From an uncultured Actinomycetota bacterium (GTDB lineage Bacteria > Actinomycetota > Actinomycetes > Mycobacteriales > Nakamurellaceae), in contig CAWIAR010000005.1 in assembly GCA_963834185.1 (NCBI GenBank), positions 315,863 to 379,862 on the forward strand: 64,000 nt of DNA, given 5' to 3'. Made by a program: the position numbers and the translations under genes. The notes under the pieces are model-generated. The model was given only the letters and a program-made list of their open reading frames with translations. It was not told where the DNA came from and ran no database searches. This document shows, piece after piece, positions 53,030 to 61,138 of the stretch; positions within the stretch are counted from its first letter, which is position 1, and each line of letters opens with the position of its first letter.

Positions 53030-55144
53030 ATGGCTCCCACCTTCGATCAGGGTTCCCGCTCCGGGGACCCACGTCGAGGGCCACGGCGGTACGGGCCGAC
53101 TTCGTCGGCACCCTCCCCCTCGCTGTCGTCTTCACCCTCGTCACGAGGACAGGTGCCGGGTCGGCCGGCGCCGTTCGGCGACGAGCCCTACCTCGGCGGC
53201 CTCGACCCCGACGACCGCTACCTTCGTCCCACCCCCGCGCCCCTGCCGTCCTCGCCGCCGGCCCCGCCGGTCAGGCGTTATGCCCACACCACGAGGCAAC
53301 CTGCCGCCACCGACCGTGCCGTTCCTGCGGTCCGACCGACAGGCTCCTCGGCTCGCCGGCGCCCGGCAGGTGAGCCGGCCGGACAGCGCCCGGCGGCGCG
53401 GCAGAACGACCCGATGCCCACCCGGCAGCTGCCGGTGACCCAACCCGTTGCCGGTCGGGCCTGGTCGGACGTCGACGCACCGACCGTGGCGACGTCCCCG
53501 GTCGCCGGACGCCCGGGCTCGGCCCGGCGCCCGGCCGGCGGTCCCCCGCCTGCGCCGCCGGTTCCGCCGCGCCGCACCGGCGGCCCCGGTTCGTCCGGTC
53601 CCGATGACCCGGACCACCGACGCCACCGCCCGGCTGTGATCGCAGGTCGGATCGTCGCCGCTGTGCTGGCGTTCGCCGTCGTGCTGGTGGCCGGCGTCGG
53701 CTACTTCGTCCAGCAGGACGTCAACTCCGCAAGTGCGGTGTCCGACGCCGCGACCTCCGCCGGCGACGTCGGCGTTGCCTTCAGTGGTGGGTTGAACATC
53801 CTGTTGGTCGGTTCCGATTCGCGGACCGATGCCCAGGGGAACCCGCTGACCAAGGAGGAACTGGCCGCGCTCAACACCGAGGAGACCGGCGGCCTGAACA
53901 CCGACACGATCATGGTGCTGCACATTCCGGAGGGTGGCGGCAAGGCCACAGCGGTCTCGATCCCCCGCGACACCTGGATCTCCGACGACGTGGTCGCCGG
54001 CATCGAGGGCCCGTACTCGGACGGCAGCACCGGCGTGTACAAGGCCAACAAGATCAACTCGTTCTACGGCACCGCGAAGGCCTACACCGAGGAGGCCCTG
54101 GTCAACAAGGGCGTCTCGGACGCGGCGGCACGGGAGCGCCAGTCGAACGAGGCCGGCCGGATCATGCTCACCAAGGTCGTGCAGAAGTTCACCGGCCTGA
54201 AGATCGACCACTACGCCGAGGTCAACCTGCTCGGCTTCTACCTGTTGTCCAAGGCGATCGGCGGCGTCCCGGTGTGCCTCAATGCCGCGGTGGACGACCC
54301 GTTCTCGGGTGCGAAGTTCCCGGCCGGGCAGCAGGAGGTCGAAGGTTCGGCCGCGTTGGCGTTCGTCCGGCAACGGCACGGCCTGCCCCAGGGCGACCTC
54401 GACCGGGTGCGCCGCCAGCAGGTCTTCCTGGCCTCCGCCGCCAACAAGGTGCTCTCCGCGGGCACCCTGACCAGCCCGTCGAAAATCGGCTCGCTGATCG
54501 ACACGGTGAAGCGGTCGGTCATTTTCGACAAGAACTTCGACCTGCTTTCGTTCGCCGAGCAGATGCGCAACCTCTCGGCCGGCAACGTCACCTTCGAGAC
54601 GCTGCCGACCCGCGGTTCCGAACCCGACGCCGGCACCGATGCGCTGGCCACCGACCCGGCCGAGATCAAGGCGTTCTTCGCCAAGATCAACAACGGTGCG
54701 GCCTCGCCGTCCGGTGGTGCCTCCGGGTCCGGATCGGCTGCCACCTCGGCTGCTTCGGTCGACAAGGCCTCGATCACCGTCGACACGCAGAACGCCACCG
54801 CCACCTCCGGTGCCGCCGGCTCGGTACTGGCGAAGGCGACCGCGGCCGGCTTCGCCGAGGGCACCGCGTCGGACTACCAGGGCGACGTGCAGGACGCCAG
54901 CTCGATCCACTACCCAGCCGGCGCGAAGAGCGCTGCCAGCGCGGTCCGTAAGGCGCTCGGCGCCGGCACCCTGGTCGAGGACGACGCGGTGGCCGACGGC
55001 CACGTGCTCGTCGTGGTCGGCGCGGACCTGGCCGGCAGCGGGCTGCGGGCGGCGGGCGCCGCTCTGGTCCGGTCGGCTCCGACCGGGTCGGCCGAACCGA
55101 CGCAGCCGGCCATCGTGGCAGGGTCGGTCGGGTGTGTGAACTGA
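53030..55144 (+). CDS. LCP-family glycopolymer-peptidoglycan ligase with LytR C-terminal domain
   Basis: Pro-rich N-terminus, one TM helix, NILLVGSDSR, NTDTIM, SIPRD, FVRQRH..GDLDRVRRQQ, C-terminal VLVVVGAD. Confidence 0.93.
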   Translation: MAPTFDQGSRSGDPRRGPRRYGPTSSAPSPSLSSSPSSRGQVPGRPAPFGDEPYLGGLDPDDRYLRPTPAPLPSSPPAPPVRRYAHTTRQPAATDRAVPAVRPTGSSARRRPAGEPAGQRPAARQNDPMPTRQLPVTQPVAGRAWSDVDAPTVATSPVAGRPGSARRPAGGPPPAPPVPPRRTGGPGSSGPDDPDHRRHRPAVIAGRIVAAVLAFAVVLVAGVGYFVQQDVNSASAVSDAATSAGDVGVAFSGGLNILLVGSDSRTDAQGNPLTKEELAALNTEETGGLNTDTIMVLHIPEGGGKATAVSIPRDTWISDDVVAGIEGPYSDGSTGVYKANKINSFYGTAKAYTEEALVNKGVSDAAARERQSNEAGRIMLTKVVQKFTGLKIDHYAEVNLLGFYLLSKAIGGVPVCLNAAVDDPFSGAKFPAGQQEVEGSAALAFVRQRHGLPQGDLDRVRRQQVFLASAANKVLSAGTLTSPSKIGSLIDTVKRSVIFDKNFDLLSFAEQMRNLSAGNVTFETLPTRGSEPDAGTDALATDPAEIKAFFAKINNGAASPSGGASGSGSAATSAASVDKASITVDTQNATATSGAAGSVLAKATAAGFAEGTASDYQGDVQDASSIHYPAGAKSAASAVRKALGAGTLVEDDAVADGHVLVVVGADLAGSGLRAAGAALVRSAPTGSAEPTQPAIVAGSVGCVN

Positions 55145-55145
55145 G

Positions 55146-55919
55146 GTGCTCGAGCTGACCGGGGCGATCCCTGGCGGGGTGACGGGCGCAATTCTCGTTC
55201 CGCTGCTGCAGGGCGACCTGCACCGTCCCCGGCTCACCGTGTATGCCCGCGGTGGTCGTACCGAGTTGTCCACCGCGTCGCTGGCCAACTGGTCGGCCAA
55301 GGTCGCCGGGCTGCTGGTCGACGAACTCGGCCTCGGCCCCGGGGATCCGGTCGCGGTACGGCTGCCTGCTGGGTGGCAGACCGCCCCGGTGCTGCTGGGC
55401 ACGTGGTGGGCCGGTCTCACCGTGGTGGATGCCGATGCTCCCGCAGCGGCGGCGTTCATCGCCGACGGTACGGACGACTCGGACCTCACCGCCGACGACA
55501 TCTTCGTGGTGTCCGGGCATCCACTCGGTGCGCCGAGCAGCCAGGTCGCTGCGCACCAGCGTGACTTCACCGGTGCGGTGCTACCGCAGGCCGACCGGTT
55601 CGCTCCGCGCGGCGCGGTGGCGTCGACCGATGTGGTGGTGCGCTCCGGGCACGGTGACCTCGATCTCGCTGGTCTGCTCACCGCGGCGCGGGTGACCTCA
55701 CGCGCGATCGGCACCGCCGGCCGGCTGCTGTCGGACCGGCCGTGGACCTTGCCGGACGGGGTGGCCAGGACCCTGGTGGCGGCGTTGGCGGCCGATGGCT
55801 CGCTGGTGCAGGTGCTGCCGGGTGCCGCGGCCGACCTCGCGGCGATCGCCGCCGCCGAGCGGGCTACGGTGACCGACGGCCCGGTGGTGGCCGGTCTCCC
55901 ACCGATCGACCAGCGCTGA
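55146..55919 (+). CDS. TIGR03089-family protein
   Basis: PRLTVY..RTELS..LANWSAKVAGLL..LP.GWQ..LGTWWAG; conserved position after the LCP gene, as in mycobacteria. Confidence 0.85.
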   Translation: MLELTGAIPGGVTGAILVPLLQGDLHRPRLTVYARGGRTELSTASLANWSAKVAGLLVDELGLGPGDPVAVRLPAGWQTAPVLLGTWWAGLTVVDADAPAAAAFIADGTDDSDLTADDIFVVSGHPLGAPSSQVAAHQRDFTGAVLPQADRFAPRGAVASTDVVVRSGHGDLDLAGLLTAARVTSRAIGTAGRLLSDRPWTLPDGVARTLVAALAADGSLVQVLPGAAADLAAIAAAERATVTDGPVVAGLPPIDQR

Positions 55920-55968
55920 ACCGCACCCTCACGCAACCGGGTCGGCCGTCGCCTGATAGGAACGCGGC

Positions 55969-56973
55969 GTGCGCATCGTCGAACTCAGCAGCGAGACCGT
56001 GCAGGTGGGTGTGCTCGACCACGGCGCCCGCCTGGCCCACGTCCGGGTGCCCGATCGCTCCGGGGTGTTCGCCGACATCAGCCTCGGCCACGACACCGAG
56101 GCCGGGTGGCTGGCCGACAAGGACTTTCTCGGCGCCACCATCGGTCGGTTTGCCAATCGCATCGCCGGCGGACGGTTCTCCTTGGACGGCGTCGCCTACC
56201 GCATCCCGCCGAACGAGCACGCGAACGCGCTGCACGGCGGTCCGCGAGCGTTCGAGCATGCCACGTTCGAGCTCTCCGAGGTTGCCGTCACCGACAATGG
56301 CGGGTCCGTGGTGGCGAGCCTGGTGAGTCCGGACGGGGAGAACGGGTTCCCCGGCACGCTGTCGGTGACCGTGACGATCACGGTTGCGGGCTCCGATCTT
56401 TCGCTCGAGTTCCGGGCCACGACCGACGCGGCCACCGTGGTGAACCTGACCAACCACGCCTACTGGAACCTGTCGGGTCGGGCCGGGACCGTCGACGACC
56501 ACCTGATCACCGTGGCGGCCGATGCCTATTTGCCGGTCGACGAGAACCTCATCCCCACCGGCGAACTCGCGCCGGTCGCCGGGTCGATGGACCTGCGGGC
56601 CGGGGTTCGGTTCGGTGATGTGCTGCGCCGGCCGACCGAACAGATGCTGCGCACCATGGGCATCGACCACTGTTATGTGCTGGCCGATGATGCCGCCGGT
56701 GGCCCACGCTTCGCCGCCCGCGTCGAGGATCCCGGCAGCGGGCGGGCGCTCGAGTTGTACACCGACCAGCCAGGCGTGCAGGTCTACTCCGGCAACTTCC
56801 TCAACGGCTCGGTGCTGCTCCGCGGCGCCGTGACGGCCCGCCAGGGCGACGCATTCTGCCTGGAACCACAGGGCTTTCCCGATGCGCCCAACCAGCCGCA
56901 GTTCCCCTCCGCCGTGCTCCGGCCGGGCGAGGAGTACCGCCACACCTCGATCTTCCGCTTCAGCACCAGCTGA
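55969..56973 (+). CDS. galM: Aldose 1-epimerase (galactose mutarotase)
   Basis: GATIGRFANRI, LHGG, GFPG, NLTNHAYWNL, FCLEPQGFPDAPN. Confidence 0.93.
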   Translation: MRIVELSSETVQVGVLDHGARLAHVRVPDRSGVFADISLGHDTEAGWLADKDFLGATIGRFANRIAGGRFSLDGVAYRIPPNEHANALHGGPRAFEHATFELSEVAVTDNGGSVVASLVSPDGENGFPGTLSVTVTITVAGSDLSLEFRATTDAATVVNLTNHAYWNLSGRAGTVDDHLITVAADAYLPVDENLIPTGELAPVAGSMDLRAGVRFGDVLRRPTEQMLRTMGIDHCYVLADDAAGGPRFAARVEDPGSGRALELYTDQPGVQVYSGNFLNGSVLLRGAVTARQGDAFCLEPQGFPDAPNQPQFPSAVLRPGEEYRHTSIFRFSTS

Positions 56974-57026
56974 CCTGTCCCCAACCCTGAGCCGTCCCCA
57001 GGTGCCGCCGAGCTGTCCCCGGTCCC

Positions 57027-57106
57027 GCGAGGATCAACGTCCAAGACACGGATGAACTCGACGTCAGCAGTCACTCTGTTCCCAAAACCGTCGAGTTGAT
57101 CCTCGC
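57027..57106. repeat. 80-bp palindromic element between convergent genes
   Basis: GCGAGGATCAAC...GTTGATCCTCGC perfect 12-bp inverted repeat; an internal GATGAACTCGACG can pair with the same right arm. Confidence 0.6.
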
Positions 57107-57113
57107 AGCCGGT

Positions 57114-58046
57114 TCAGCGCACCGGCAGCGGGCCGTCGTGCAGATTGAGCAATGGGCCCGTGAGCTGCTTGCCGGCGGCGGCCTGGACGATGCAGCTGTA
57201 GCCGGCGAGCAGGGTCTGCTGGTGGTCCGCCGCCGGATAGGTGTACGACTGGATGGCTCGGACCTGCAGCGCACCAGCGGCGGTCGGATCATCCATACCG
57301 GTCATTTGTTTCACCAGATCCAGGCAGCTGCCGTGCAGGTCCGCGGGCCGGGTGCTCGAGTCCATGTCCCACATGTTGCCGAACTCCTCGACGCCATGCG
57401 GCTCGCGGCAGGGAACGACGGGAGTCTCGTTCAGCGGCAGGTCGGACCAACAGATGGCCGCGGCCTGGGGGTAGTCACGCGTGATGTGCACCTGCCCGAG
57501 AGTTCCGGAGTAGCGGGTAGTTCCACCGGAATTCGAATACACCGCCACCACGCAGGCCGTCCAGTCCGCACCGAAGCGCTGCGCGAGCGGATTCGGCTGG
57601 ATCAGGCTTGAACCGAGGTTCGTCGACGGGAACCAGGTGGCCGGGTCGGTGGCCGACCCTTGCACGATGGGGTACGAGAGTCCCAGGAACTGCAAGCCCT
57701 TCGTGATGCACCTGCCCTCCGGCGTCGTCGACATGTCAGCCGAGTCGTTATTGTCCTGGGCCACCTGCTCGAGGGTGTGGGGCATGACGGCAACCACCTC
57801 GCCGTACCGGGTGCCGTGGCACGACCCGGTGGACGCGACGGCCGGGTAGACGTCCTGACCCATCGGGCTGGTCAGGCAGTCACCCACCGCCGGCGGATCG
57901 GCAACCGGCGCCGGACCCGGAAGACCCGTGAGGTACTTGGCGTTCCGTGCGCCGACCACCGCAGCCGCGACGACGGCAAGGACCAGCACGGCGATCCCGG
58001 CCAGCCGCCGGTCGATGGCGACGTTCCGGTCGCGGGTCCGTCTCAT
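57114..58046 (-). CDS. Membrane-anchored Cys-rich septum-formation-domain-like protein, copy 1
   Basis: DRRLAG plus TM helix, PPAVGDCL, C...YGEV, VPCREPHGVEEFG, GPLL.L.DGP.P. Confidence 0.7.
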   Translation of the reverse strand: MRRTRDRNVAIDRRLAGIAVLVLAVVAAAVVGARNAKYLTGLPGPAPVADPPAVGDCLTSPMGQDVYPAVASTGSCHGTRYGEVVAVMPHTLEQVAQDNNDSADMSTTPEGRCITKGLQFLGLSYPIVQGSATDPATWFPSTNLGSSLIQPNPLAQRFGADWTACVVAVYSNSGGTTRYSGTLGQVHITRDYPQAAAICWSDLPLNETPVVPCREPHGVEEFGNMWDMDSSTRPADLHGSCLDLVKQMTGMDDPTAAGALQVRAIQSYTYPAADHQQTLLAGYSCIVQAAAGKQLTGPLLNLHDGPLPVR

Positions 58047-58957
58047 TTCAGCGGTATCGGGCCGCCGTGCAGGCCCAACAGCGGGCCGGTCAACTCGTGC
58101 GTCCCGGTCGTCCGTACGAGGCAGTAGTAGGTCGCCATCTGCGTCAGGGTGACTGTCGTCGGCTCGGCGCCCGAACCGGGGGCCTCGATCACATAGTTGT
58201 CGGTTGATTTGTCTTGCAGGACGGCCACAGTCATCCGGCCCCCCGCTGCCGGGTCGGCCAGCCCGGTGCGCGCTTTCACCAGGTCCGCGCAGCTGGCCGT
58301 GACCGCGGCCAGATCGTCGATCTTCTTCGCCACGGTGATCGTTCCGAAGGATTCCATGGGGTGCGGGTGGTCGCAGTGCTGATTGAGCGAAAGCTGTTCC
58401 GTGGAAAGCGGACAGGTGGCCAGCATCGGCGGCAGGTGGCCGGTGGTGGCTGCGTTGCGCAGGGTGCCGTCGTACGGCTGCAAGGACAGGTCGGCCCCGC
58501 CGACGGCCGCGGCGCACGCCACCCAGCCGCTGCCCAACTTGCGGTCGAGTTCGGTCGGCTGGATCAACGTACCGGTGACCTGCGCGGTCTGCTGCCATAC
58601 CAGGTCGGAGATGTACGCATCATCCGCGATGCCCAGGTAGCGATTGGTTTCCCGCGGGCAGGCATTGATGGGGCTGTCGGGATCGTCGTATGACCCGGCC
58701 GAGGCCACTTCGGGGAGAGCGTCGGGCATGACGGCCACGACCTCGGCGAAATGCGGTCGGTCGCACGGCACGACCGGAGCCTGGTCGGGGTAGTTGGATC
58801 CGCCGAACTCGCCGAGGCAGTTCCCGACCGAAGGCGGATCCGGTGGCGGCGCCGCGGAGGCCGAGCCGGGCACCTGCTTGGTGCGCAGGCTCCCCAGGAC
58901 GATCGCGGCGGCGACGGCGGCGACCAGCAGGACGATGCCGGCCCACCTACGATCCAT
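58043..58957 (-). CDS. Membrane-anchored Cys-rich septum-formation-domain-like protein, copy 2
   Basis: MDRRWAG plus TM helix, PPSVGNCL, VPCDRPHFAEV, CDHPHPMESFG; ATGA-coupled to copy 1. Confidence 0.7.
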   Translation of the reverse strand: MDRRWAGIVLLVAAVAAAIVLGSLRTKQVPGSASAAPPPDPPSVGNCLGEFGGSNYPDQAPVVPCDRPHFAEVVAVMPDALPEVASAGSYDDPDSPINACPRETNRYLGIADDAYISDLVWQQTAQVTGTLIQPTELDRKLGSGWVACAAAVGGADLSLQPYDGTLRNAATTGHLPPMLATCPLSTEQLSLNQHCDHPHPMESFGTITVAKKIDDLAAVTASCADLVKARTGLADPAAGGRMTVAVLQDKSTDNYVIEAPGSGAEPTTVTLTQMATYYCLVRTTGTHELTGPLLGLHGGPIPLK

Positions 58958-59041
58958 CATCGGAGGGTATCTGTCGCCCTGATGGCGCACCGCATGGTCG
59001 GCGAGCGGTGCGGTACCGCGTCCGTCGGTAGCATGCAGACG

Positions 59042-59614
59042 ATGACGGCAGCTGACCCCTCCGACGTGCTCCGGATCGGCGATCGGGAGCGCGAGCAGGC
59101 GGTGGCCGTGCTGCACGACGCGGTCGGGGGCGGCTACCTCGACCTGACGGAGTTCGAACAGCGCTCCGCCACGGTGTACGCCGCGAAGACCCGTGGCGAC
59201 CTGCGCAGCGCATTGTCCGACCTGCCCGGTGCCGCCCACCTGCTCGCCGCGAACGTGCCGACGGTGGCCGCCGGATCGCCGGAGATCATGGACATCGGAT
59301 GGACAACGGTCAAGCGCCAGGCCGGGTGGGAGGTGCCGCCCTACCTGATGATCAGTGGGTCGATGGGTGGCGCGGATCTCGACCTCACCCAGGCCGTGCT
59401 TTCTCCCGGAGGGTGCGTCATCGAGGTCGAGGCAACCTGGAGCACGGTCAAGATCCTGTTGTCCGAAGCGATGTCGCTGCGCACCCACGAATACCGGGGT
59501 GGGCAGAACTCGACGCTGAAGGACAAGTCGGGCCCGCCGACGGTTCCCGGTGGACCGGTGATCGACGTGCGCGGCCGGGCGCCGTGGACCACGATCGTGG
59601 TCAAGCGGGCCTGA
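59042..59614 (+). CDS. DUF1707 (SHOCT-like) domain protein with DUF2154-like beta C-terminus
   Basis: LRIGDRERE..L..A...GYL...EFEQR..A.TRGDL..DLP; GGADLDLTQA. Confidence 0.85.
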   Translation: MTAADPSDVLRIGDREREQAVAVLHDAVGGGYLDLTEFEQRSATVYAAKTRGDLRSALSDLPGAAHLLAANVPTVAAGSPEIMDIGWTTVKRQAGWEVPPYLMISGSMGGADLDLTQAVLSPGGCVIEVEATWSTVKILLSEAMSLRTHEYRGGQNSTLKDKSGPPTVPGGPVIDVRGRAPWTTIVVKRA

Positions 59615-59626
59615 GTTTGCCGGTGC

Positions 59627-60772
59627 TCAGCGCAACAGCGAGCGCGCCATCACCAGCCGCTGGACCTGGTTGGTGCCCTCGTAGATCTGGGTGATCTTGG
59701 CGTCGCGCATCATCCGCTCGACCGGGAAGTCCCTGGTGTATCCGGCGCCGCCGAGCAACTGGACCGCGTCGACGGTCACCTTCATCGCGGTATCCGACGC
59801 CAGTGTCTTGGCCGCCGAGGCGAGGAAGCCCTTGTTCGCGTCGCCGCGTTCGGCCGCCGCCGCGGCCTGGTACACCAACGTGCGCGCCGCTTCGATCTCC
59901 ATCGCCATGTCCGCGATCATGAACTGCAGCGCCTGGAACTCGGCCAGGCGCCGGCCGAACTGCTTGCGCTCCTTGACGTATCCGACGGCGACGTCGAGGG
60001 CGCCCTGCGCGATGCCGACGGCCTGGGCGCCGATGGTGGGCCGGGTGTGGTCGAGGGTGGCCAGCGCGGTCTTGAAGCCGGTACCTCGTTCGCCGACGAT
60101 CCGGTCGCCCGGGATCCGGCAGTTCTCGAAGTGGATCTCCCTGGTGGGCGAGCCCTTGATGCCGAGCTTGCGTTCCTTGGTCCCGACCACGAAGCCGGGA
60201 TCGTCGGCATGCACCACGAACGCACTGATCCCGTTGGCCCGCTGATCCGGGTCGGTGACGGCCATGACGGTGTACCAGCTGGACACTCCGGCGTTCGTGA
60301 TCCAGCACTTGGTGCCGTTGAGCACCCAATCGTCGCCATCGGCCACTGCGCGGGTGCGCATCGCCGCTGCGTCCGAGCCGGCCTCCCGCTCGGACAACGC
60401 ATACGAGATCATCGCCTCGCCAGAAGCGATCGACGGCAGCACCTGCTGCTTGAGCTCCTCGGACGCCGAGAGCAGCAGCGGCATGGAGCCGAGCTTGTTC
60501 ACCGCCGGGATCAGCGACGACGAGGCGCAGACCCGGGCGACCTCCTCGATGACGATGACCGTGGCGACCGCGTCCGCGCCCGCGCCCCCGTACTCCTCGG
60601 GAACGTGCACGGCATTGAAGCCGGACGCGGTCAGCGCCTTCTGCGCCTCGATCGGGTAGCGCTCGCGCTCGTCGCAGTCGGCGGCGTGCGGCAAAATCTC
60701 GGCGACGGCGATCTCGCGGATCGCCTCGCGGATGGCGCGGTGGTCGTCGGTCAGGGTGAAGAGGTCGGTCAC
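59627..60772 (-). CDS. Acyl-CoA dehydrogenase (FadE25-like)
   Basis: YALSEREAGSD, LNGTKCWITNAG, KLGIKGSPT, RKQFG, GGAGYTRDFPVERMMRDAKITQIYEGTNQ; conserved position next to purE. Confidence 0.95.
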   Translation of the reverse strand: MTDLFTLTDDHRAIREAIREIAVAEILPHAADCDERERYPIEAQKALTASGFNAVHVPEEYGGAGADAVATVIVIEEVARVCASSSLIPAVNKLGSMPLLLSASEELKQQVLPSIASGEAMISYALSEREAGSDAAAMRTRAVADGDDWVLNGTKCWITNAGVSSWYTVMAVTDPDQRANGISAFVVHADDPGFVVGTKERKLGIKGSPTREIHFENCRIPGDRIVGERGTGFKTALATLDHTRPTIGAQAVGIAQGALDVAVGYVKERKQFGRRLAEFQALQFMIADMAMEIEAARTLVYQAAAAAERGDANKGFLASAAKTLASDTAMKVTVDAVQLLGGAGYTRDFPVERMMRDAKITQIYEGTNQVQRLVMARSLLR

Positions 60773-60840
60773 TGCCTCGCCTCGCTTCGCGTCGGCGCCT
60801 CGGTGCCGGGCTGATGATTCGCTCGCTGACGCTCGCTCAC
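60769..60840 (-). repeat. 72-bp MIRU-like coding repeat, copy 2
   Basis: Minus strand GTGAGCGAGCGTCAGCGAGCGAATCATC...CCGACGCGAAGCGAGGC..GTGA; encodes VSERQRANHQPGTEAPTRSEARQ*; lies between the SD AAAGGAG and the acyl-CoA dehydrogenase GTG. Confidence 0.85.
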
Positions 60841-60852
60841 GACATCTCCTTT

Positions 60853-60877
60853 GCTACCGGCCAGTAACCCCATGCTA
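60853..60877 (-). promoter_or_regulatory. -10 box TAGCAT followed by a 16-bp imperfect palindrome (candidate operator) for the acyl-CoA dehydrogenase
   Basis: Minus strand TAGCAT (60872-60877), then GTTACTGGCCGGTAGC (60853-60868) overlapping the expected transcription start. Confidence 0.5.
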
Positions 60878-61138
60878 GACCGCCCCGTCCGACCCGTCTG
60901 CCCCGTCCACCCGGCCGGCCCGGGAACGCCCATGATCATCGACTGCGGACCCTTTCATGCGGAAAGGTGAGCTTCGCGTCCACTGACGATGATCTTGACC
61001 GCAGCGGCCGGGGCTGGAGGGCGCCAGCGGGTCGGCCGGTGGTCGCCCCCGGTGGTCGCACCCGGCGGTCAGCGGGAGGTCGGCGGCCTTTCGACCCTCG
61101 CACAGAACCGGCACAGCGCGGCTGTCCAGGCTGGACGC

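Noticed and set aside
53141-55936. 931-aa antisense ORF and other long shadow ORFs (for example 5874..8096, 29040..30521, 43801..45282)
   Set aside because: They lie opposite well-supported genes, are Arg/Gly/Pro-rich without motifs, and are expected in high-GC DNA.
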